Below are positions 12,971 through 24,293 of a stretch of DNA of 64,000 bases, one piece after another. This DNA is from Flaccisagitta enflata. Lineage: Eukaryota. The notes beneath the pieces were generated by a model. It was not told where the DNA came from. It searched no databases and saw nothing but the letters and a program-made list of their open reading frames with translations. The DNA is taken from the NCBI GenBank assembly GCA_965153355.1, contig OZ231126.1:28272001-28336000 (forward strand), written 5' to 3'. The position numbers and the translations under genes were made by a program. Within the stretch, counting starts at the first letter, position 1. Every line of letters starts with the position of its first letter.

Positions 12971-14465
12971 GGGAAAAGCCAAGGCAGGCCGGCAGACGTG
13001 AATGCCGCGACCGGCCCAAAAGGTTCGTTACTTCACGTAATCGATCGAAATGAAGGCCACAAATGGCTCGTCGACGGCGGAGCATTGCTATCGATCATCC
13101 CACCCACAAACTCGCAACGACGTCAAGGCCCCAACAGCCTTGGTTTGTGTGCCGCGAACGGCACAAAAATTGATTGTTTTGGCAGCTAAGAAAAAACTCT
13201 TGTCATTGGCGACAGATCCTTTGCGTTCACCTTTACAATAGCAAATGTTCGTCAACGTATATTGGGTTCCGACTTTCTCGCCGCCTTTTACCTTGCCCCA
13301 AACCACAGAGACGGAACACTAATTGATCTTGATTCGTTAGACGTCATTCCGGCTATGTTCGCGTATAACGTAAAATCAAGCCCAATCTCCTTCGTCAACA
13401 AAATCAACGACCCCTATTACCGTCTCCTCGATTCTTATCCCAAAATTATCACCCCGTCCTTTCATCCCGTCGAAATAAAGCATGGCGTAAGGCATCATAT
13501 TCCGACGACCGGACACCCAATCCAAAATCGCGCGCGAAAACTCGATTCCGAAAAACTCCGAGTCGCAAAACAAGAGATAGAAAAACTCGTCAAACTCGGA
13601 GTGTGTCAAAGAGCATCTGCCTCTCAATCGGAATGGGCGTCCCCACTTATGGTTGCTCGTAAACCATGTATCAACCCTTGCAACTGCACTCCGCCGGTCC
13701 CGTGCGGCGGATGGCGCATTTGCGGAGACTATAGACGTCTCAACGCCATCACTCAGGATGATAAATATCCTGTAAGATCTATCCACGACTTTAACGCCGA
13801 GCTTCACGGCAAAACAATTTTTTCCAAGATAGATCTCATGAAAGGGTATCACCAGATACCGGTGGCCCCAGACGACGTCAAGAAAACCGGCATCATCACG
13901 CCCTTCGGTCTTTTTGTCTTCCCCAGAACACCCTTCGGACTAAAGAATGCTGGGCAAGACTTCCAGCGGTTGATGGATGCCATCCTCGGGGACATTCCGC
14001 GCGTCTACGTATATATCAACGACATACTCGTCGCTTCCGAGTCACCAGAGCAACACCTCGAGGACCTCAAAACCGTGTTCAAAATCCTCTCCGACAACGG
14101 CCTCGTGGTACAACGCTCAAAATGCGTCCTCGGCAAGTCCGAGCTGGAATTTCTCGGGTACCACGTCGACGTGAACGGTATCGCGCCACTCCCGACCCGA
14201 GTCGAAGCCATCCGCGCAGTACCAGCCCCAACCTCAATCAAAGAACTGCAAAGGTTCTTGGGGATGGTTAATTACTACCGTCGTTTCCTCCGCAAAGCCG
14301 CGCACCACCTTCACCCTATGTTCAATGCCCTCAAAGGCCCGACAAAGAAAAAGGGTGAACCACGACCGAAACCAAGAATTCTCACATGGAACGATGAACT
14401 ACAACAATCCTTCGATGCTATCAAGGAGGCCTTGGCAACGGCAACCCTCCTTCATCACCCGCGTC
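12971..14465 (+). pseudogene. pol: pol (PR-RT) of the left arm
   Basis: Protease frame has TAA at 13187-13189 (TCA in the right arm). The RT ORF from 13262 runs to the inversion junction. YIND motif. Confidence 0.87.
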
Positions 14466-16975
14466 ACAACGACGGCCGTAAGGAGGTAACGGAAGCTGTT
14501 TGATGTGGGAAGAGACAAGATGTCCACGTTCCAGTGTTGAAAACGTTTTGTTGGCATAATGTAATGACTGATTGGGGCGACGGTGTGCCTTGTAACCTTT
14601 GCTCGCTGGCATGATTGACACTCGCGGGCCCATCTTGAGACGTCTTGGCGTATGGAGGGCCAGACAAACTTTGCGCAGATTGCTTGGCGGGTTCTTTCAA
14701 CCCCGGGGTGGCCCAATCCGTGGATTGCGTCAAAGATGCGGCGTCTCCACGAATACGGGACAAACGGACGAGCGGGTCCGTTTGAGACGTCGACGATTAT
14801 TTCCGTTTCTCCCAGGTTGACTTTTTTGAAGTTCAGGTTGGTCCTGGCGTCCGACGACATTCATACGTATTCCGGGTCGAGAGCTTGCTCTTGAGCCATG
14901 TCATGGAGACTGACGTTGATGTTGCTAATCGCGTTCACAACGGCGGCGAGGTCGTCGGTTTTGTGAGGTTGGATCGCGTCGTGAGGAGAAACGTCTGGAT
15001 CGTTTAGGATACCCGCGTCAATCATTGCGATGATGAAGACGTGTTTCTTGTCCATGAAGCTTTGACCCTGGATTGACGAGACGACTCGTTTGTCGCACCC
15101 AGGAGGACGAGATAGTGCGTCTGCGACAACATTCAATTTTCCCTCGATGTATTGGATGTTCGTCGAATATTCGGATACGCAGGTTAGTTGGTACGTTTGC
15201 CTGGATGTTAGCGGATTGGATTTTTTCCGCATTGACGGAACGAGAGCCTGTTGGTCGGTAAATATGGTGAAGGCGTGTCCTTCGACCATTGGACGGAAAT
15301 GACGTACGGAACGGAACATAGCCAACAATTCCCTGTCAAAGGCTGGCCAATCAATTTGATTATCTTCGAGCTTCGCGCTGTAGAAAGATAATGGCTCCCA
15401 ACCGTTGGGACCGAGTTGCTCGAGAACTCCTCCGATCACGTATTTGGAAGCGTCTGTGGTCAAAGCAAGCGGAGCGTTTGGACGCGGGTGATGAAGGAGG
15501 GTTGCCGTTGCCAAGGCCTCCTTGATAGCGTCGAAGGATTGTTGTAGTTCATCGTTCCATGTGAGAATTCTTGGTTTTGGTCGTGGTTCACCCTTTTTCT
15601 TTGTCGGGCCTTTGAGGGCATTGAACATAGGGTGAAGGTGGTGCGCGGCTTTGCGGAGGAAACGACGGTAGTAATTAACCATCCCCAAGAACCTTTGCAG
15701 TTCTTTGATTGAGGTTGGGGCTGGTACTGCACGGATGGCTTCGACTCGGGTTGGGAGTGGCGCGATACCGTTCACGTCGACGTGGTATCCGAGAAATTCA
15801 AGCTCGGACTTGCCGAGGACACATTTTGAGCGTTATACCACGAGGCCGTTGTCGGAGAGGATTTTGAACACGGTTTTGAGGTCCTCGAGGTGTTGCTCTG
15901 GTGACTCGGAAGCGACGAGTATGTCGTTGATATATACGTAGACGCACGGAATGTCCCCGAGGATGGCATCCATCAACCGCTGGAAGTCTTGCCCAGCATT
16001 CTTTAGTCCAAATGGTGTTCTGGGGAAGACAAAAAGACCGAAGGGCGTGATGATGCCGGTTTTCTTGACGTCATCTGGGGCCACCGGTATCTGGTGATAC
16101 CCTTTCATGAGATCTATCTTGGAAAAAATTGTTTTGCCGTGAAGCTCGGCATTAAAGTCGTGGATAGATCTTACAGGATATTTATCATCCTGAGTGATGG
16201 CGTTGAGAAGTCTATAGTCTCCGCAAACGCGCCATCCGCCGCACGGGACCGTCGGAGTGCAGTTGCAAGGGTTGACACATGGTTTACGAGCAACCATAAG
16301 TGGGGACGCCCATTCCGATTGAGAGGCAGATGCTCTTTGACACACTCCGAGTTTGACGAGTTTTTCTATCTCTTGTTTTGCGACTTGGAGTTTTTCGGAA
16401 TCGAGTTTCCGCGCGCGATTTTGGATTGGGTGTCCGGTCGTCGGAATATGATGCCTTACGCCATGCTTTACTTCGACGGGATGAAAGGACGGGGTGGTAA
16501 TTTCGGGATAAGAATCGAGGAGACGGTAATAGGGGTCGTTGATTTCGTTGACGAAGGAGATTGGGTTTGATTTTACATTATACGCGAACATAGCCGGAAT
16601 GACGTCTAACGAATCAAGATCAATTAGTGTTCCGTCTCTGTGGTTTGGGGCAAGGTAAAAGGCGGCAAGAAAGTCAGAACCCAATATACGTTGACGAACA
16701 TTTGCTATTGTAAAGGTGAATGTAAAGGATCTGTCGCCGATGACAAGAGTTTTTTCTGAGCTGCCAAAACAATCAATTTTTGTGCCGTTCGCGGCACACA
16801 AACCAAGGCTGTTGGGGCCTTGACGTCGTTGCGAGTTTGTGGGCGGGATGATCGATAGCAATGCTCCGCCGTCGACGAGCCATTTGTGGCCTTCATTTCG
16901 ATCGATTACGTGAAGTAACGAACCTTTTGGGCCGGTCGCGGCATTCACGTCTGCCGGCCGGCCTTGGCTTTTCCC
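14466..16975 (-). pseudogene. pol: pol (PR-RT-RH-partial IN) of the right arm, with in-frame stops
   Basis: ORFs 15833-16948, 14861-15775 and 14399-14860 are one frame split by stops at 15833-15835 and 14861-14863. RT motif is YIND. Confidence 0.88.
16930..16975 (-). promoter_or_regulatory. -1 ribosomal frameshift signal gag/pol (copy at 12971-13016, +)
   Basis: In-frame slippery heptamer G_GGA_AAA, then a 5-nt spacer and the stem-loop GGCCGG-c-CGGCA-gacgtgaa-TGCCG-cga-CCGGCC. The -1 frame reads straight into the protease. Confidence 0.75.
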
Positions 16976-18066
16976 GCGTTGAATTTAGCGAACTCGTCGC
17001 AGCCTGACTCGCAGGTGTAGGCTTTCTTGCCAAATTGCTGGTGCCACTTGCAAAGATTGATGGGTTTGACGGTCGGTTTACCCGAATGGGTCCGTTTTTC
17101 GGCAAAGGCAGGGGTGAAAGAGGAGTTTTGCGGACAATTTTGTCCGGTCCGTTTGGCTGTCTGTTGAGGTTTTCGGGCTGGAAAGCGATTTGGACGTCCT
17201 TTTCTTTGGAAGCGGCGGCCACCAACTGCATTGACTTCATCCGCTTCGTCTTCGGTGTCGATGAGTCCTGGGACTTCGTTGACGGCGTTGACGTTGGATG
17301 GGGCAGGTTTGTGAAGTGGCTTGCCGTTTCGATCGAAGTATTCGTCTGCTATCTTGACGGTTTCCGCGCCACCGAGGTCTTTCACCTTACCGTGGATGGT
17401 GCGTCTGATGTCTGTCGGGAGTTCCCTCAGGACCATCTCTTTGATGATGTCGTCGACGGTAATTGTGCCGACGTGCTCCTTCACGAAAGCAAACATTTCC
17501 AACGGGAGTTTGCCGTCTTGTTGGACCACGTCGAGAATAACTGACGCTTGTTGCGCCTTGGTGCGGCCGTAGCGACCGCGCAGATACGTCTCCAGAGCTG
17601 TCCAGTCCTCCGCAGTGCAATCGCCGAAGAGGAGTTCATTGATGCGGGGATCGGTGTCGCACGCGAACTTGGGTTCGATGAAGGCGAATTTATCTTTGGG
17701 GTCCGTAACTCCCAAACGCCTGTACGCGTTGTCGACGCGTTTGAGCCAGATATCGATGTTTTTAGAATCGAATGCGGGGAGTTCCGGCTTGCGACTCGAC
17801 ACCCTGACGCCCTGGAGGGCTTCTGTGAGAGCTGCGACGGTTGGATCGGGAGTACCCATGGCTGCTGTTGGAGCTGGGAATTGAAAGATTCCTTCCTCGC
17901 AAATTTCCTCGCAGTGGTTCGGAGATAGGAGGCGTTCGTCGCGAGTTGGGGAACGACGCCTGCGGAATGATGTGAGTGGCGGGGCGAGGAGGTTCGGATT
18001 GGAATCCGATTGGAAACGGGTTGCTCTACGGCTGTCGGAGGCTTGGTTGTTGCCGTCGTAGCTCAT
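16945..18066 (-). CDS. gag: Gag (373 aa, open) with CHCC zinc knuckle
   Basis: KPELPAFDSKNIDIWLKRVD N-terminal motif and CKWHQQFGKKAYTCESGC (C-X2-H-X9-C-X3-C), the CHCC knuckle typical of CsRn1-clade gag. Confidence 0.85.
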   Translation of the reverse strand: MSYDGNNQASDSRRATRFQSDSNPNLLAPPLTSFRRRRSPTRDERLLSPNHCEEICEEGIFQFPAPTAAMGTPDPTVAALTEALQGVRVSSRKPELPAFDSKNIDIWLKRVDNAYRRLGVTDPKDKFAFIEPKFACDTDPRINELLFGDCTAEDWTALETYLRGRYGRTKAQQASVILDVVQQDGKLPLEMFAFVKEHVGTITVDDIIKEMVLRELPTDIRRTIHGKVKDLGGAETVKIADEYFDRNGKPLHKPAPSNVNAVNEVPGLIDTEDEADEVNAVGGRRFQRKGRPNRFPARKPQQTAKRTGQNCPQNSSFTPAFAEKRTHSGKPTVKPINLCKWHQQFGKKAYTCESGCDEFAKFNAGKAKAGRQT

Positions 18067-19789
18067 CGAGGCGGGAAGGCATGAAAGGAAAAGTGATTGA
18101 TAGCGGTTAAGATAAAATCAAAAGTTAATTAAGACTATTGATCGGCTATCGTGGCTCGGCTCACCTTATGGGAAAGGTGCAGGTGCCTGCACCGAGCGCC
18201 TCCCTATGATGCCCCGTTCCTGTCTTAGGCAGGGACGACGAACGGCGACTCTAACACCACTGGAGTTCGGATGTTTGAACTTTGAGCGGCCCCCAGGGGG
18301 TTAGGGGACCGGTGTTCTTGAGCGAGAATGACGGCGCGAGTAGCCCGATTCGTTCGGCCACTACCTTTTGTCTTTGTTCTTGGTAGAATTCGAGGTGATC
18401 TTACTAAAGCCTCATTTGCATATTACGGAGAAAATGAGCGTGTGAGGAGGCTGCCGGAAAGAGAAGAGTTGGCTTCAAGGGACTTAAGGGGACCCAAAAT
18501 TTCGATCGGATTTCGAATCGGAGCAACGGTTTAGGAGATATCGAGCGTTGAAGTTTCAGGCAGCAGCTCATTTGCATATAGCGGCAAGGGCTTTAGCAAA
18601 ATGATCTTGTAGGATGACCAATGGAACCGCAAGGTGCGATATAGTGGAGGCGGAACCAATCAGATTTGAGTTAGCTTGAGCGGTTTGGAAGATATTTGAC
18701 AAAACGTATTATTCTTCCCTTAATCTTCGCATTTTGGGCCGTAACTTTTGAACGGTGCGTCGGGATTGGTTAAAAGTTCACCGCACTTGATGTCATTGAA
18801 GGTTGCGATTATAATGATGGGCGGCTTTTGACGTTGGACCAAAGCGTTGAGGAGTTTTCACCGTTTCGCTGATCTTCGCCGTGATTGGATGAAATTCTTT
18901 GTGGATGGTAGGAACGTCGACCCCTTTGTCTCGCGACTCCGGGGACCATCCAACAAGTTGAAATTTGATGAGTTATGCGGAGTTGGACAACCCTCCTGGG
19001 TTGTTTGATCATCGATGTGCCCAAATCAAGAACAGAAAAGCAATGGGCTTTATTTTTTTGAAGATACGGCGGGAAGAAAGTTGATGCGGTTTGGCCCGGA
19101 CATATGCCAGTGCCTATGGTGATAATACTCAATGAGATGCAGCTCAGATATCGGGTGCAATGTGTGTGGGTTAAAGTCAGTTGAGTCAGTAAATACCCAA
19201 TGGAAATCAAAGTTAGGGTGCCTGGTCAGACTCCAGGACTTGTGCATAACCTTGGGGGTCCTTTGGTCTTGACAGACAGACAAGACCGCAGGCACAGCTT
19301 ATGGATATATAATGTGTGAACCACCACACAGACTGACCTTGATACTGGTCCGACAGTATGGTACCAAAGGAGAGCTAAAAAATATGGAATCTTATGCCAG
19401 GGAACCCTTAAGAGGGTATGGCTGCCAACCACTCCACTTGGTCCAAATGTTCTGGAAACCAGTAAGTTGTGACCCCCAGCTGTCACAATGCCCGATTTCT
19501 GTCCAAGTGAATCCTTTATGGGGAGCCCTCTGAAGCATGCTTCAGAGGCATTGACCAAGGGAATGACCCCTTTGCTACTAGTCAGACTTCCATAAAGATT
19601 CCAGCATGGACATGGCATAGGCTGCCTCGGGGTGAGATACTACCGGCTTATCACAATATACTATGGTTTGGCCCGCGCCGCCCCACACCGGGTTCCACTC
19701 CAAGGGTATGGTAGATGCTACCATAAGAGGCCTGGTGGGTGGTACTGCCTGACCAGCCGCAACCAGGTTGGGTTTATAGTCCTTTAGAA

Positions 19790-19799
19790 GGGCTCACCA
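19790..19799 (-). promoter_or_regulatory. Primer-binding site (tRNA-Trp-like); copy at 6395-6404 (+)
   Basis: TGGTGAGCCC follows the LTR end and differs by one base from the TGGTGACCCC tRNA-Trp PBS known for CsRn1-clade elements. Confidence 0.6.
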
Positions 19800-19800
19800 A

Positions 19801-19884
19801 TGTAGATAATCAGGAGATTAACTAACAGAGACATGAATGTTCCACAGATAATGCTGTAGGATTCTAATACAAAATTCTAATACA
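19801..19884 (-). repeat. Short or truncated 5' LTR remnant of the right arm
   Basis: Minus strand reads ...ATTATCTACA-T-TGGTGAGCCC, i.e. an LTR CA end, a 1-nt spacer, then the PBS. Possible TGTA starts at 19871 or 19884. No second LTR is visible in the window. Confidence 0.55.
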
Positions 19885-19889
19885 AAATG

Positions 19890-19913
19890 TTTCTTTCCTT
19901 CTTTGTTTCTTTG

Positions 19914-19987
<74 letters not shown>

Positions 19988-20214
19988 TAGTTCGTTGTTT
20001 CTTTGTTTGTTTCTTTGTTGCTCATTTTCTTTATTTCTTTGTTTATTTGTTTGTTTGTTTGTTTCTTTCTGTATTTGTTTGTTTATTTGTTTGTTTGTTT
20101 GTTGGTTTGTTTGTTTGTTTGTTTGTTTGTTTGTTTGTTTCTCTCTTTCTTCATTTCTTTCCTTCCTTCTTTCTTTCTTTCTTTCCCTCAGAGGAATTCG
20201 ATTCATCCACTCTC

Positions 20215-20293
<79 letters not shown>

Positions 20294-20465
20294 TCGTTGT
20301 TTGTTTGTTTGTTTGTTTGTTTGTTTGTTTGTTTGTTTGTTTCTTATTATCTTTATATCTTTGTTTATTTGTTTGTTTGTTTGTTTGTTTGTTTGTTTGT
20401 TTCTTTCTGTATTTCTTTGTTTGTTTGTTTGTTTGTTTGTTTGTTTGTTTGTTTCTTTGTTTCTT
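19890..20465. repeat. (CTTT)n/(GTTT)n microsatellite tract (partner (CTTT)n at 6193-6392)
   Basis: Direct reading. These tracts flank the retrotransposon palindrome on both sides. Confidence 0.92.
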
Positions 20466-21856
20466 TGTCATTTACTTTCTTCCTCCCTTTCCTTTACAGA
20501 GTAAAACTCCATTCCTCTCCGCTTCCCTTCTGTTCTGATGATTTATCCACTAAACACTTCCTGTCTTCCCACCTTCCTTTCTCCCCTTTTTTCTGCCCCA
20601 CCATTTCTCCGTCTTTGTGTTTGTTGACACTGTTAGATTGTCGGCGGTGCCGGTGGTGACGGTGGTGACCTCAGTAGCGGCAGTGACGGTGGTGACGGTG
20701 GTGACGTTCTATCGACTTGGTAAGAGACCTTTCCAGATCCCATTTCCTGAATGCTTGTCGGGATACAACCGAGTCAACGAACCTTTTATATATTTCTGGC
20801 CTTTAAAACCCATCTCTTTATTTCGTATAGATAAGTAGGTTTTGTTCTTACGCAGTATGACGTGTACGCGATTCTATAACTACTGTAAAACTGTGATGTT
20901 ATTTTTTTGCCCCTGCCCAAAGACTAAAATAGTTACTGCATCCAGCCTGCGATCATAGGGACCATTATACCAGTAATGGCGACTGTCGCCGTGAGGAGAA
21001 AAGTCATAAGCATTGGTCACTTTTCACCAAGTTTTTGTTTTCAGTCACTGAAATTTTTTTTATTTGTGAGATCAAATTAAGAGCAATTGTATGTATTGAT
21101 TGCACTGAAAACCAGAGAAAAATAGGACTGAGCCAATTGAGCTAGATGAGCTAAAATACTCAATCACTCAACAAGACAACCAGCTATGCTCACTGACATG
21201 TTTTCTTGTATTTGCATGCTTACATCAAAACACTTGAATATCCCATTTAAAATCAGAAAAAAACTGAGCTAAATGAGCTAAAATACTCAAAAACACCCTC
21301 ACAGATGAGCAGCTAAGCTCACTGACATGCTTTCTTGTATTTACATGCTCAATCATGTATCAAAACATTCATTCATTTATCCTGTTAAGAATCAGAAAAA
21401 AAGATAGAGCTAAATGAGCTAATTAAGCTAGAATACTGAAAAACACCCTCTCAGATGAGCAGCTGTGCTTATTAACATGTTTTCTTGTAGTTGCGTGCTC
21501 AAACAAACATCAATGCACTTCTTTATTGGTTCTACACAAAATCATGAGAAATAAAAAAGAATTCAATATGAATTTTCCATAAAACAAAATCTTTTAAAAA
21601 TCACAACTCCAAAAATATTTGTCCTAGAACATTCTGTTTGGTGCCAAATGAAAGAGAACTATCAAATTTAGTTACCCCATCTATTTCATCGGAGGACTAA
21701 ATCAGCCCTATGAGATTCCCAAATTTTGCATAAGACGGCGAATTTTTGAAGGAAAATTAAGTGTTTCACCATACTTTTTGCATCATTGTCATGACAATAA
21801 TGAAGCTGGAATGCTTTTAGCAGACATTTTGTCTCTAAAGACACTTGGTGTATACC

Positions 21857-22397
21857 TTTTTGGGCAGCGGCCCCAAAGGGCCGATGTCCTGTAGAACACA
21901 GGGGGGAATTTCCATACGTCCGTCCGTCCGTCCTTCCGTCCGTCCCCCCCCCCCCGTTGGCCATCAAGGCCTCAAATTTACCCTCCCAGCCCTAAATTTA
22001 GCCCTCCAGGCCTCAAATCAGCCTTCCAGGCTTCAAATCAGCCCCCCCCTCCGCCTCAAATCTGACCTACAGACCTCAGATCTGCCCTCCAGACCTTCAA
22101 TTAGGCCTCCAAGCATCAAACCTGCCCACTGTGGCTCAAATTTGCCCTCCAAACCTCAAATCCACTCTCCAAGCCTAAATTCTGCCCTCCAGCCTTCAAA
22201 TATAACTTCTTTGGCCTGAATCAGTCATCTATTGCCTGAAATATGCCCCCTCAGGACGTATGGAAATTTCCCCCTGTGTTCTACAGGACATCGGCCCTTT
22301 GGGGCCGCTGCCCTGCTCTCACTCCACTTCTTCACTGGATCACTCCCAGCAGGGCATCGGGTACCGCTGACCATGTGCGATCCTTGGATGACTAGTT
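21857..22397 (+). mobile_element. HINE-like family B with internal ~20-bp minisatellite
   Basis: ~60-bp asymmetric inverted repeat (gggcagcggccccaaagggccgatgtcc...) around (gcctcaaatcagccctccag)-like repeats, with 3' tail gggtaccgctgacc. Relatives at ~2825-3150 (+), ~44075-44515 (-) and ~47961-48535 (-). Confidence 0.68.
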
Positions 22398-23626
22398 ATC
22401 ATATTCTGACCTAAAAAGTAATTTGAACTATGCGATTCACATGGAAACACGCAGGAAAATGATGGTTTTTTGCAAATTTCTGCTTACACTTTTTTTCATT
22501 TTCTGTGGTCTAAATTCTAAGAAAGCCATACACAGGGAAATTTTGCATTTTGAAAAACATAGTTCTCTCTGTAATCGATTTGGGAAGAGAACTATGTTCT
22601 TTGTTTATTCATTTTTTCATTTTCTGTGCAAATTTAGAATTTAGACCAGCCCCCTATCAGTGACCAAAAATGAAAAAAGTAGAAATTTTCAATAAATTTT
22701 TTTTAGTAACATTGGCTAAAATTGATCTTTCTTTCTAAATAAATGCAAATTTTTCTTTTAAATAATATGTCTTAGCTATCTGAATCATTTTTATTCATTT
22801 TTTTTTTTCATTTCCATTCATTCAAAATTTTCATTTTAACCGTCTTTGAAACACAAATGTTGCCTTCGGGGGGACGCTGTCATAAGAAAATGAAAACCAG
22901 GTTTCTCTGGAATATGTCAAAAAGTCGAAGACTGACTGACTTCATCTAAATCATTGAAATACTAAAAAATAAGATTACATCACAAATATTAAATCACATA
23001 TACAAAAAAATACATATGAATTGAATCTGCTTATATGAATTTGCTTATATGCGTTTGCGCAAGAATCGAATTGAATTCGCCTAGGCGGTATTCTTCAAAA
23101 AATTCGGGGAGACGAATTTGTTTGTATACATAAACGTTAAACATTTGTTTTCTTAGCTCTTTACATAAGTATTATCGGTTTTCTATCGTTTCTCTTATTT
23201 TTTCCTTCTAGAATATATCAACACAAGCAAACACCCGCGTAAACGTATTCAACTTCTAGTTTGTCGCAAGAATACGAAGTTTGATGTAACGCACACCCAC
23301 ACGTACGCGCGCAAACGCACGCAACCCAGAAAAATGAGTCTCAAAAGAGCGCATGAGATGGAATTCCTTAGCTTGATGAGATACGCCAGATCCGGATTTG
23401 GATCTCATTACTTAAGTTAAATGCAGAGCTTGGTTAAATATTCGCGCGGCTTTATTGATTATAAGACTGGAGGAATAATGCTCGTCACGTAATTGTCAGA
23501 AACAACATTTACTATGTGAAGGTATCAAATCAATATCAATAAATATCAATGATGCTGATAGTCATAAATCATCATCATCAATGATACGTTTACTGTGCGG
23601 TGCAGCCTGTATATTTGCGTGTACCC

Positions 23627-23729
<103 letters not shown>

Positions 23730-23939
23730 ATCTCAGATGGTAAAGACCTCTATAGATAAAAAGAACCGATGTTGCAAGAGAACCGATGTCGGAACGCGTA
23801 GGATTCAATGAATCCAAATCCCCAACTTTCTCACGGCCCTCCACGATATCGTCAATTTCAAAACGAAGAGTTTGATTTACAACGGCCGCGGATGTTGCTG
23901 TGATGTGACTAAATACGTTAAATACGTTAAAACATTGTG

Positions 23940-24293
23940 CAATACGTCCCATGAAGCGCCCCAAACTTCGACTATGGCTTCCACCAATCTTTCCACAGTT
24001 GAGTCTTGGTAAAAAAACATTCCATGCAAAATTTTGGGCCTCTCAGAGAGCAGGAACCTTCGTTAGGCTGAGGTTGAAGTTTGCATTGAATTAGCATTGG
24101 AATCAATATTTCTATTATGCAAATTTTGTCTCTGCCATAGATTTCTATTGAAACTTCATGGTCTCCCTAACGAAGGTTCCCGCTATCCCAGAGGCCTAAA
24201 AATTTGCATGAGATATTTTTTTACCAAGCCTCGTCTATGGTAAGATTGGTGAGAGCCAGTGTTTAACTTTGGGGCGTTTTCATTGACGTATTG
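23940..24293. mobile_element. Foldback MITE
   Basis: caatacgtcccatgaagcgccccaaa...tttggggcgttttcattgacgtattg, with arms complementary for ~150 bp. Confidence 0.7.

Larger units (their letters stand above)
8128..13001 (+). pseudogene. gag: Disrupted gag of the left arm
   Basis: Near-identical to the right-arm gag but split by a 3.7-kb DNA transposon, with a +1 indel (~12371) and a -1 indel (~12749). Confidence 0.85.
6395..14465 (+). mobile_element. Ty3/gypsy (CsRn1-like) LTR retrotransposon, left arm; no LTR, truncated at the start of RNase H, interrupted in gag
   Basis: Starts at PBS-like TGGTGAGCCC. Gag starts at 8128 and is broken by an insertion at 8556-12298. It continues through protease (LVDGGA) and RT (GDYRRLN, KIDLMKGYHQI, PFGLKNA, YIND) and ends at ...TLLHHPR. 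Confidence 0.92.
14466..19799 (-). mobile_element. Ty3/gypsy (CsRn1-like) LTR retrotransposon, right arm; truncated in the integrase core
   Basis: Reverse complement of the left arm from 19799 to 15481, plus RNase H (TDASK, DRELLA, TDQQAL, NVVADALSR) and the integrase HHCC zinc finger (HGLGH...CQSC) up to FRYLLTAV. Confidence 0.93.

Noticed and set aside
6395-19799. A single element with giant inverted LTRs (DIRS-like) or a TG...CA-bounded intact LTR element
   Set aside because: The termini are PBS sequences and the inverted arms contain gag-pol. There is no tyrosine recombinase, and both copies are truncated and carry stops.
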